A DNA stretch of 64,000 bases from Picochlorum sp. SENEW3 (taxonomy: Eukaryota): assembly GCA_034226945.1 (NCBI GenBank), contig CP120462.1, positions 310,001-374,000 of the forward strand. Direction: 5' to 3'. Both the position numbers and the translations under genes were made by a program. How positions within the stretch are numbered: position 1 is the stretch's first letter; every line of letters begins with the position of its first letter. Shown one piece after another: positions 47,574-58,807 of the stretch. The notes below the pieces were generated by a model. It did not search any database. It saw only the letters and a list, made by a program, of their open reading frames with translations, and had not been told where the DNA came from.

Positions 47574-47624
47574 GTTGATTGCCGAAGAATCTCTTCCCAA
47601 AGATCTCTTCTACTCCGTAATTAA

Positions 47625-49264
47625 TTAAGAGTAGGTAATCTGGATGTCACCATACAAACAAGAGCTGGTGCCAGAGGTTGTTGATAGTACAATTGAGATG
47701 GCTCCCGTACCAGAGGGCATTGTAAACGATGCAGTCATCAGGCTTCCACTTGATCCAGGGTCATTCTGGAAGACAGCATCACCCACAGTTCCTGTTGATG
47801 GCCATGTCTGGGTGACAATGGGGAATTTTCCAGACCACAGAGACAAAAAGCTAGAGAACCCACATGTACCTCCATTGACGGTCACGGTCACACACGTGCC
47901 TGGAGGTGGTGCATATCCATTGAAGACGACAACATCCATGGTGGTTCCCGTGTTGAAGTTACCAGGATATGGTTTTGGTGTGTTGCCACACGTAGGAGGC
48001 GTACTTCCATCCCTGAACATGCGACCACCTCCCTGATAATGCCCAGATGAGATGAAGCAAGATTGAGCTTGAGGGCTGACATTGATTGCTGCACCGGGAA
48101 TCGAGGTGCAGAGTGGTTTTGTGGTGAACTGTACTGGCCCCGAGGAGCACACACTTCCTTGGCTGTTGACGGCCTTCACCCAGCAGCTGTAGGTCGTATT
48201 TGAAGACAAGCCGTTTATCACCACCGTTTCGTTTCCTCTTGGAATATCAGTGACATTCATTCCAGGATCACTGCAAGTAGACACAAGGGAATCTACACAT
48301 GTTACGGTGTACGTCTCCTCTGGATTACCTATCTTGCCATCGAGCCAAGAGATCTCAGCGCTGGTAGCTTCGATATTCTCTACAGACACAAAATTAGGAG
48401 TTCCTGCCTGTGGGGTTGAATCAATAGGCTGCAGGGAGGCGCTCAGAACAGAAACCTGGGATGAGTTGCTCACAATTTCATCTGCAAGAGCTGTCAGCGT
48501 GGAGTTTGACCCACCAAGGAGATCTTCAACCAATGATTTCCCTTTTAAGTAGCTGTCATATGCAACTGACCCAGAGACGATTGCTGGCTGATTGGGAGCA
48601 CGGGCTCCATCAGCAACAGAGCTAACAGTACAGGTGCCAAGGGGCACCAAACTCAACAAGTTCTCGCACACTTGCTTTTGCAGAGCAGTGTCAAAGAAAG
48701 CCACATCGAGTCCATACAAAAGACTGTAGGAGACAGCTCCACCCTCTGGAATCCTAGTCGACCCTGTGAAGGGACCAACGCATTTGGTAACCTTGCCAGA
48801 TGTCACAGTAATATAACAGTCATACGTTGCATTCAAGGCAAGACCGTCCACCGTAGCCTCCACAAGCGACTGTGTTTTGGGGATCACTCCTATGACTGGC
48901 GTAGATGAGCTGTTCAGAGCAGGATTTTGGCAGTCAAATGGAGCAAATTGATTCACACACGCGGCAGTAAAGTCAACCTTTTTCAAATTAGGACCAGAGT
49001 AAAATCCTGCAAAAAGACACGTCGTGGTTTTATTATTCCTTTTCCAGTTAGAATTATAGAAGAGCGATTGTCTCTGCTAGAGTCGACCGACCAGGCAACG
49101 CACGTACCAACAGTGAGAGAGGAAAGTGTAGAGTTCACAATACTAGGCTTCCTGACAGCCAACAACAGACGCTCATCCTCGGCACTAGCCTCGGCACCTG
49201 CATGAAAATCATGTGACGATAGTAGTAGTATAAGTAATCAAAGCGCTTGTTTCAATATTTCCAT
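47625..49264 (-). CDS. Secreted fibronectin type III protein with a distinct C-terminal domain; intron 49007-49107; in-frame TGA at codon 9 (possible pseudogene)
   Basis: MEILKQAL*LLILLLSS signal-like start; FN3-like motifs VDGLALNATYDCY and AEISW..INGLSSNTTYSCWVKAVN; G|GTACGT..GCAG|GA joins ORFs 48983-49165 and 47625-48986. Confidence 0.75.
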
Positions 49265-49570
49265 GCACAGCCATGCACGGCACCCCCTTGACCCTATGGC
49301 CTTGATCAAAGGGGACTTGTCGAATTCGATTCGACAAAATCAACTGTTGAACGGCGTTGTTGATTGAGCCCGTGACGGGTTGGGCATGTTTCAGATGTTT
49401 CCACCCTTGTAGCACCCTTGTATGTACAAATTAGTGCTCTATGTATAAATTATAGTGAAGATCAATCTAATAACATACCATTCGGCCTGGCGTTGACTTG
49501 CAGCTTCCCGCCAAAGAAAGCGCAAACCGCCAATAACAGTACCGTTTTGTAAGATCGGTTCATCAACATT

Positions 49571-49804
49571 ATGAATGTAATTACAGGAACACTTTTAGTA
49601 ATATTTTACATCTGTGTATATAGCACATATAGCTGCGCAATGGTTAACCAACGGTGGTATACGATGTACATGTCCAAATTGGACAGTCCGATATTGGATG
49701 ATATTAATACCATGGCCATGCAAGACGCTATTAGAGATATTGCTGACCCTGATGAAAACACATGTAATGTGCTATTTGGATGCCCAAGATTTCACCTGAA
49801 CTGA
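49571..49804 (+). CDS. Small putative secreted protein or gene fragment
   Basis: Hydrophobic N-terminus MNVITGTLLVIFYICVYSTYSC; frame stays open past TGA to 49873. Confidence 0.35.
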   Translation: MNVITGTLLVIFYICVYSTYSCAMVNQRWYTMYMSKLDSPILDDINTMAMQDAIRDIADPDENTCNVLFGCPRFHLN

Positions 49805-49863
49805 TTGATATGGAAGTTTGATTGTCATTTGGAGAAGACATCATGTACCTTGAAACAAAACCG

Positions 49864-50094
49864 ACAACATTGATTCAACAACGCAGGTTCTGTTGAAAAT
49901 GAAGGCACGGGGTGGACGAAGGAAGAATAATTGATTGTTGTACAATTGTTGTATCATGGAATGTAAAATGGAATCCGTGTCTTGTCATACATGGACATGG
50001 AAGATATTATTTCAGGATTCTTGTTTTGCATATGAAGCTGATGCTCTCAACTCCTGCATGATTGACTTCATTTCTAAAACCTGATTGTGAGCTT
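49864..50094. repeat. 231-bp direct repeat, right copy
   Basis: Matches 47343-47573. Confidence 0.97.
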
Positions 50095-51754
50095 CTTCGG
50101 CAATCAATACAATATGCCCAGCATCCAATGATCTGAAGCTTTCCGATTCTTTCACCAACTCAAAGTGCGTCGCAAGGAAATCCAAGGACACAGCTGTCAG
50201 CTGGCCCAGGGAGAGAGCTTGCCCCATGATGAATAAATTGATTGCAACATCACAGCACTCACAAATATGCCTTTCGGATATCTCTGCTTTCTTCAATATA
50301 TCAGCCAGAACATTTTCACAATAATTCACCATCCTGGGGACTCCGTAGTAATCAGCCATCTCACACACCTGCAGTGCCTGCTCTGAACGCACATTGAGAA
50401 CATCATAGTACATGTAATCATAAAAAAGAACCTTTGCAGTATCTTCATTGAAATGGTCAGGAACCGTTACTATCGAAAGAGAAGAGTCTTTCATTCCACT
50501 CTCCGATTTTGCTTTGAAGTATGCGCTGCGATTTTTCAACACAACTGAATGCACATGGAGGGTCCACCCGCAACCCTTCAACACACAGTCTCTCTTCCCC
50601 AGATTCGATAGCACGCTACTAGCTTTGGGAGACGTACTCGGAAAGCCTTCAATAACATCTTCTGGGGACGAAGAAATTGTATCATAATATGCAAGCAACG
50701 TTGCATGCTCAATATTAACCAAATCTTGCTCATATGTAGAAGGCATCTGAACAATCCTCAGTCGCTCCTTTCGTCTCGATTTCAACACAGCTTGCATCAC
50801 ATCTATTTCCGATGGTAAGTCAAGGCTGGTAAATCTAACTTTTGCAATCTCAGATATACACGGCGTGCTCTCCGGAACCAGCTCAATGAGCGACAATTCA
50901 CTTGGAGCAATAGGTATGACAACTTTGCCTCCTTGAGGTTTTAGGAACTGAAAGAAAGAATGTGCCCTTGCTCTGGGGCAAGATGCCCCTACAAATACTC
51001 TATCATATTTCCCCTTAAATTCCTCCTCATAACACGCAATGAATGCATCCTTATGCACAATCCGCGTTGGAGCAGCAGTTGACCGAAATGGTTCTGAGGA
51101 TGCATGTAACTCATTCAATACATTTATCGACCAATCAACGCATCGCTTGTTAATGTCTATACCAGTGACATAACCCGTCTTGCCTGCCATCATTGCACAG
51201 TACGCAGTTGAAATTCCGGAACCACTTCCAATATCCACAATTGCCATTCCCTCTCGAATCTCCAACTCATTGAGAAATGTTGTATAAATATGAGGAGCAC
51301 TAATATTGCTGTCCCACTCTGCAACATGAATCGGTTGATCAACGTATGCCATATCCTTGTACTGCAAAGGGACGAATCTTCTCCTATCGCAGGCCAACAT
51401 GGCAGTCTTAATCCTGTCATCATGAATTGCACCATCTGAAGCCAGCTGTTCAATCAAGTCGTCGTTGGAGTCAGCATCTCCTTGGTGTAGATATACTTGA
51501 GATCCAGCAGCTCCTAGGATCCTGAAGAGAACAAGAGGTACACGTCAGCCATGTCACACCACGCTGGAGCAAAGCAAAAAAGTACACAAAAGAGTACCTG
51601 AAAAACCTTTCTAGGGTCACGGGGGTGCTCGTGTCCCGCGTTCGGGGGACAAATTCCTGTATATTTAGATACTCAATAATACTGTGAAACATAAACAAGG
51701 TACGGTTCAACCCAATGAAGAACAAACCTCCTCGGACTCGTCTGACTGAGACAT
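50012..51754 (-). CDS. Protein-L-isoaspartate O-methyltransferase-like domain fused to a BTB/POZ domain; exons 51754-51728, 51656-51598 and 51521-50012
   Basis: SNDDLIEQL, DRRRFVP, AYVDQP, ISAPHIY, VDIGSGSG, YDRVFVGAS; BTB motifs DCVLKG..HVHSVVLKNRSAYFKA..SGMKDS..DYMYYD..ADYYGVPRMVNYCE. Confidence 0.88.
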
Positions 51755-51873
51755 TGTCGGAAACTCTCCTTGGTTCCTTCTGTAGTTTGTCTTGCGGCAA
51801 TAATACGCCCTATTTGGTTCACAATAATACAAATATAATATAATTTGTTTACATTTCAAGTACCGACAGGGTT

Positions 51874-54611
51874 TTAATCCAAAAGTCCTTTGAATGGATC
51901 TGGAGTCGACTCCTGGGTAGAAGGGCGCGCTGGTGGATGCGCTGGTTCGTCTACTGGCAGAGTATCTGCCTCGAACGATCCGAACATGTCCATCTCGTTG
52001 CTTTGATTTTGCGGTGCAGATGTCACTGGTAGCGCAGAATCATCCCCGAGTAGGTCGAGAAGGCTGGCATCTCCCTGGGTTGTCTCTGTCTGCTGTTGTG
52101 GAGCAGCATGCTCATCTACTCCAAGGTCCAGAAGATCCTTTGAGTCGACACTCGGCTGGATTTTGGATGATAGATTTATTCCAACTGACGCTGTGGGTCC
52201 AGTTCCAGTTCCGAAGAGAGAGGCAGCAAGGAGCTCCTGCTGTGGATCTACACGTTGCTGAGGCATTGAAGGGGATGTGTAGATTGATGTTGAGGTTGCG
52301 TGCTCTTTTGCGTGCTGCTGTCGCTCGACTCCTGGAACATTCGATTTTGATGATGGTGAAGGAGTAGATGTAGGACCCCATCGTCTTTGACTCGAACTTC
52401 TTCCCACATGTAATGTCTCTGTGCTAGATTCTGGCACAGGTTCCTCCAACCCTGTCCTAGAGTCACCAATGACAAGGTCTCCAAGTAAATCATCCACCTG
52501 GTGTGCATGAGGATTTTCAACTTGTCCCCCGACTGTTTTCTGGGCTTCTTGTCGTTCATATGCCTCAAATTTGAGGTCCCTCTGAAAGGGTTTGACAACT
52601 CTGGTGGCATCATGCATCATGCCCATCGATTCTCTCTCCTCTCTGCTCAAGTACTCCGCAGCCCCTTCTCGAATTGCTGCATTGGATATATCATCCAAGA
52701 AAGAAAAAGACCTCCCAGGCAGTGGGCGAAACGGGGCTTTGCTCTGTAGCTGAGAGCGCTTCTCGGCCACAGAACAGGCTTCAAAGGCAGCTTGCCTGAC
52801 TGGTAAAATTTCTGACGAGCTGAGGGACCGCAGCAATGCCAGTGTTTCTTCGGAAAGTCCTCTTTCCATACGAATGCTAATCTTTGACAGTGCCATGATG
52901 CAGGTTTCCGAGAGAGCAGCAGAGCTCGTGTGTGATTCCAAAATGTCAGTGAGCGTAGAGCAAACAGACTCGGCTGGCAATCCAGCATCAATGCCATATT
53001 CTCCTAGGGTCCAACATATAACTTTCATAAGAGGTGCTGGCAACTTTTTCCCCGAAAGCATCTCAGAGTATGTATGGGTAGTTTTGTTTCGAAGCATGAG
53101 GTCTGCAGCAGGATCTGTGCCTCCACTACCATCCTTGAGTGCACGAATCAAAGAATGCTCTGCTTCCACTGGAGATAAATTTCCACACTGCTTTAGCAAA
53201 TTCGTAATAGAATCAACAAACCAGGACAGGGATGGGGCAAATTTTTCTGCTACATGTAGGAGAGAGGATGCAGCAGACTTTCTAGTCTCTTCATCGATGG
53301 AGTCATCGCCAATGAACTCAAGCACTTCTCCTAGAACAACGGTAATGTTGCTAGGCGTCGTCATCTGAAAGATCAAATCCACCGTCCTACCCTTTAAGGT
53401 GACATCAGGGGAGCGTAGTGCTTCAACAATGGCCATTTGATGCTGCTGTACTTTTCCAGCATCCCCATCCCGAATCATCCTACTCAATATCTCTATACCA
53501 GCGCATTTTAGGTTATTATCTGTGCTATTCAGGAACACAGCCGCGGTATCTAAACTTAAACTGTACAGGGTATCTGATGGTACAATTGTGGTTGCTGTTT
53601 TCATGCATTCAAAAAGAATCGCATTCCCTGCTTGACTCATGAGCGATTGTGCTCGCTTCCACACGTCCACTAGTACAACTTGCATATCACTGCTTACCTG
53701 AGGGTTGTCCGCCCCAAGAAGTCCCAACAAGCGTAACAAGGTGATTTGGAGGAAAGGTGCTGGGGCTCTGTGAACCACCCAACTCCTACCCAGCTTTCCT
53801 TCCGACGCCTGCTTCAATATATTAGTAAAATAATGTACCAAGCCTTGATATGGCTTGGGATTCAGCTTGATCAAATCATAGAGCCCTGGCAACACAGCAA
53901 ACATCACTGCTGGTTCCTTGTACCCCAATTTCTCTACAAAGACTTGGCCAATGTCATCCCCTATGGAAGGGTCCACCAACAAAAGACTATGAAGGGTAAT
54001 CAAGGCTCTCTTCTTCACCTGATCACGATCATGTTTCACTAAACCCACAACTTCAGGCAGGAATATATTCGCAAGCTCAGCATTGGCAATGGTGGGAATA
54101 GCATGCAACGCCGTGCAGATGGTCAAAAAATTGTCACTCTTCAAATCCGCTTGAATCGTTGCTGTCAAAAGAATCGTCAACTCGCTCGCAGGATCGATCA
54201 GAAGAGACGCAGTCAGGTACCCAGTCTACAAAGGAACACACAGTGTCACTCAGTCCTGAAATCCACAGTGTAACGACCATAGCACTACCAACCCACCTTT
54301 TTTACTTGTAAATTCTTATTACCACACAGTTGTATAACCGTTGGAAGCGCCCAGGATGTGTCGTGACCCAACATGTTAATATACAAGAGGTAGACTAGAA
54401 AATCCTTCATGGCCCTCGCATTCTGACCCTTACTCGAAAATCCAGCCTTAATCTTACTCTTGCATATTTCAATCATTCTCTTCACCAGGTCATCCTCCTC
54501 AGCCTTTGATTTTGCCTCTCCAATCGACCTGACAAGAAACTCAAAATCACCGCTAAAGGTCGCTGCCGGCAATCTCTTCGCAAGGCCTGCTATTTTCGTA
54601 GATATATCCAT
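51874..54611 (-). CDS. AP4E1: AP-4 complex subunit epsilon; intron 54226-54296
   Basis: LVRSIGEAKSKAEED, MLGHD, KK|TGYL, TIQADLKSDN, HRAPAPFLQI, LKFEAYE, RRWGP. Confidence 0.88.
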
Positions 54612-54695
54612 TCTATAGCATTGAAATATCTGCTTGTGGGGGGTATCTACTCACGGTTTCTTACAAAAGTGTAATCGTCAACAAGAATTGAAAGA

Positions 54696-57600
54696 TTACA
54701 CCAGCACACTCATAACAAGCAATGTCAGGTAGGTAATCGACAAAAAGTATACTTCAAATACAAATTTGGGGGCAAAGAGCGCCCAGGCGTATAAATGGCG
54801 CTTTTGGATCCCGGCACTGATCATGGAGCAGAAGCAGACGAGTGATCTCATGAATCCAAACACTGCTAGTGTGCCTTGTATCGGTGATTGTCCGGATGCA
54901 ACTATACCTGGCAGATCTATGAATATATACCTGATGGAGAGAGCAGGTCTGGCGCTCGTCATGTATTGCTGATGACTGGTGTGCTGTTTTTTTGTGCTGT
55001 CTGCAGTGTGCTGAGGCGCCAGGATACAGGCCAATAATATTGTGACAATCATCCATCCGCACGTGTCAAATCCGAGAAGGAATCCAGATCGAAGTAGATT
55101 ATAGTCAGTTTGACCAACAAAAGCAGCTGTATAGAGCAAGCCTGAAAACTCACAGAGGTGGCCAGTGACAAAAAATGACTGAGACTGTACAAGTGCCAGA
55201 GATCCGCAGGTGGAGATCCAATCAATAGGTTTTGCGTTATTCTGTCTGAATAAAGTCAATAGTCCATAGATTTGTGCGAGGATCCCCACAGCAATCAAAG
55301 GTGTCGCCACAGGGGATATGAGCAGGGCAAGCTGAACCAGGACAGTGCACAAGGCTGTCGAGGCATCTTTAAAGCTGATGCATCCTCTGATACGCTGGAT
55401 GATGGAATACATGATCACAATGAGAATGATTCCAAAGCATATGTTTGGCAATACAATGTCCAGAGGCAGTTGGATGAGGGGTGAGGGGAGAATAAACGTG
55501 GATAGAGAAGGATGAATGCTGCCCACCAGGTGTCCCACTCTGAATGCTTCCTCTTCTCCTTTGTTGTTGTGAAGAACATAATGGAAAAAAGAGCAGCATG
55601 TAAATCCTATGTATGTGAAGAGCCTGAAGGAAGCAAAGCAAATGGTGTTTTGAGTTTGCCCTCACCTCAAGAGGTTTGCAAAAAATTATAACAAATGACT
55701 CACCTGAAAATCGTTTGAGAGGATGCATGCCGGCACTCTTTGAATTTTTTGGATGAAGCATAGACTAAAAGACACATTGGGATGGCATACTGGAGAAGGA
55801 AGGAGATATCATGGGGGTCAATAGCATGTGTCAAGTCTTTTGCTTGTGATAACCACGCTGGGTATACCCACGAAGCATCGCTACTCTCCAGTGCATGGCT
55901 TTCAGAAGATTCATGTTGAGTCAATCGCTGCCAAAATCCAAACCCACTGTGCGTCTGTATCCCATATTTGGATACAATGAAGCAGGATACTACAGACATG
56001 AGAGCTCCCTTCACAAGGTGCAGCACATGTGCTCTTCTCATCACGATCTCAAGTATCGTCACAAGCAGCACAAGCGCAGCAAATAAATAACTGATACACC
56101 ATCCTTCGTTCAAAAGGAAGAAAAAGGAAAATATTCCAGCTGGATGCACAAGGTTGGCCAGCCAGACAAGTGTTGCCCTACCTGATACAGTATTCTCAAT
56201 ATAACCGTTTGAAACCCGTCTTTCCATATTCAGTATGATCTGAACTAACACTGATCCAATAAAAATGACGATCGCGAGGTACAAAAGACCGCCGCCGATC
56301 ATCCAACCATCATGAAATTGAGTCCAGGCACTTCGTGCAAGTTTTTCCGTCATTATCAAAAACTCTGTGTGAGATTCTTCATCATCGTTTAACGAGTTAT
56401 AAGCTTTACTCAGCCGCTTCAAATCCGTATCTGGAAATCTTGCGCCAGGCATACTAGCATATGTTGTCAGATACTGGAATACTTGCTTGGAATTTTCTCT
56501 CAAAATCTGTTCATATGAGGAGACACCACATCTTGCTGGCCCAGCTAATGACCACAACTGCTTCGAAACCTTTCCTAAATTTATGAACGGTATTGGAATC
56601 CGCATGAGTCCGGCAAGAGTGGGAACAAGGTCAATCTGCATTAAATCCTCCACACACTGATTTCCATCTTGACCGCATGAGCAATCTTTCTCACACTGCT
56701 GCTTCTCCACAGATCCATCACCTTCATCTCTATATGCATTTATATCTATCGCAATGAGAGCACTGTCTACTTCTTCAGGACTGCCACCTCCGTGATCCCC
56801 TGTAAGAGTCTGACCATGATCTCCTCCAACAAGTACCAAGGTATCTTCAAAAGGACCCCCAGGATAGGAACCTTGGCGTAACACGTCCACCACATGTTTC
56901 ACATTAGAATCAATCTGTCTCAATTTGCTCATCATAGCCTCGCTCTCCACCCCGTGTGCATGCCCAGCGTGGTCCACTCCCAAGTAGTGGGCCACCAGCA
57001 CATCCCAAGACTCATTCTCGATCGTGGGAATCAGTAACTTTCCTATTCCGTCATCCACTGTATGTAAATCCATGATATTATAGCATGGAAATGGGTGAGA
57101 CACATTGAACTGTGTCGGATATAGACCACTCCATGTAGAATCCCCCATAAAGACAAGCCTCTTTCCAGCAGACACAAACTGATCAATCAGGTTATCTTCA
57201 TCCATTGCTGACGCTGAAAATGCATTTGATATATCAAAGAATATTGGAAGGCTCCCTGATGTCATCGATTTCAATCGCTGTGTTGTTGTTGTAGGGGCAT
57301 CTGCTACATATCTAAACACCCTCGAAACTCCTGGCTTTTCCACAAATGACGAGAGAAACGGCATCTGATATTTGTACGCACAAGCCCCTTCAAGACCTTC
57401 TTTGTTATCTTCGCAAGGGTATCTTGAATCGTGTACCACAAAATCATACCTGCATGTGAGCAACAAGCACAGATTCTGTTGAGCTACACAATATTTGGCA
57501 GAAACTCATGCAAAACCCCTACCTCAGGGCATCTACAACCAGCCAGACAAGCTTCTTATACGGTTTCTTACATGCATAGTCCTGATCTTCCGTGCAACTT

Positions 57601-57713
57601 GTATCTTTGAGATGAATCCTGGTCAATAGAAAACCATGAACAAACAACAGCACTGCAACAGCCTGGCCAACACACAGAGCAAAGAGAAACGTCCTCAAAA
57701 TCCCTCTCCCCAT
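54696..57713 (-). CDS. PIGO: GPI ethanolamine phosphate transferase 3; introns 57450-57522 and 55624-55703
   Basis: GFLLTR, VVDALR|YDF, ADAPTTTTQRLKSMTSG, HYLGVDHAGH, DHGQTLTGDHGG, RHLYAWALFAPKF. Confidence 0.92.
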
Positions 57714-57910
57714 CTTTGCCAACGATCAAATAAGATTATTATTCGATGCTGGTCCCGCCATCATCCCATATAGACGCGAACATTGGGTCATGTTTTAAAA
57801 TCTCTTTTTACAGAGATATCTGCAGATAGTATTCCGATTGACATGTTGATCTTGGTATCTGCCACTCAAAATGATTATTTAGCATATATTTTGAGGAAAA
57901 ACCATAGCGA

Positions 57911-58789
57911 ATGAGTGCAAGGGCGAGCATCAGCCAGTTCGTTGCACCGGCGCAGAACCAGGGTGGACGGAAAACGACTCGGCGTATTGCTGGAGCTGAT
58001 TTCATCTCTACAGTAGTGCTACATGGTAGAAGGATTATTAGAGATGCCAGGATGATGGCACAATCCCAGAGAGAAGGCTCTGCTGGAGAATTTTTTGAAC
58101 CAGGAAGAGAGGGTGAGTCCAGACAAAGGTTGTTCAACACAATATCCCCAGTGTATGATGATCTGAATGACAGGTTCAGTTTTGGATTGCATCGAGTATG
58201 GAAAAGGATGGCTGTGAAATGGTGCCAAGCGAAACGCGGTGATACAGTCCTGGATAGCTGCTGTGGCAGTGGGGATTTGGCACAGATTCTGCGGGAAGTT
58301 GTAGGACGAGATGGGCGAGTTGTTGGTTTGGATTTTTCTCAGGATATGCTTCAAGATGCTCAGAGGCGAGATTCTAGTAATGGACTTATTGAATGGGTTC
58401 AAGGGGATGCGCTTGATTTACCATATCCTCCTGGGTATTTTGATGCTGCCACCATGGGGTATGGGCTGAGGAATGTATCTGATATTCCTCGTGCGCTTCG
58501 AGAGTTGCATCGAGTCTTGCGCGATGGAGGACGCGTTGCGATTTTAGATTTCAACAATAGTGATGATCAGATTGTAGATGGGCTACAAGAGTTCTTTTTA
58601 GAGTCATTAGTCGTCCCAGCCGCAGAGGCGGAGGGGGTTGGAGAGGAATACAGGTATCTCAGGCCGTCCATTAAAAAGTATCCCAAAGGCGCTGCGTTGG
58701 AAAGGATGGCGCGGGATAGCGGATTTTCATTTGCGAGATACTACGAGATAGGTTTTGGTCTCATGGGGTGTCTCGTGTGTTGCAAATAA
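57911..58789 (+). CDS. MENG: Demethylphylloquinol (2-phytyl-1,4-naphthoquinol) methyltransferase, UbiE/MenG family
   Basis: RQRLFNTISPVYDDLND..SFGLHRVWKRMAV, LDSCCGSGD, MGYGLRNV, ILDFN. Confidence 0.88.
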   Translation: MSARASISQFVAPAQNQGGRKTTRRIAGADFISTVVLHGRRIIRDARMMAQSQREGSAGEFFEPGREGESRQRLFNTISPVYDDLNDRFSFGLHRVWKRMAVKWCQAKRGDTVLDSCCGSGDLAQILREVVGRDGRVVGLDFSQDMLQDAQRRDSSNGLIEWVQGDALDLPYPPGYFDAATMGYGLRNVSDIPRALRELHRVLRDGGRVAILDFNNSDDQIVDGLQEFFLESLVVPAAEAEGVGEEYRYLRPSIKKYPKGAALERMARDSGFSFARYYEIGFGLMGCLVCCK

Positions 58790-58807
58790 TTATTATTAAC
58801 AAGTACG

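Larger units (their letters stand above)
47574..49863. mobile_element. Inserted 2.29-kb divergent two-gene cassette, no transposase
   Basis: Sits between two copies of a 231-bp duplication; deleting it plus one copy restores a simple convergent SF3A1/PCMT-BTB junction. Confidence 0.75.

Noticed and set aside
37777..49804. Genome-wide reassignment of TGA, suggested by three in-frame TGAs in accessory ORFs
   Set aside because: Conserved genes (ProRS, IF-2, SF3A1) end at TGA at the expected positions
47343..50094. LTR retrotransposon or TRIM
   Set aside because: The repeats are host gene 3' ends, lack TG...CA termini, and the interior has no gag/pol
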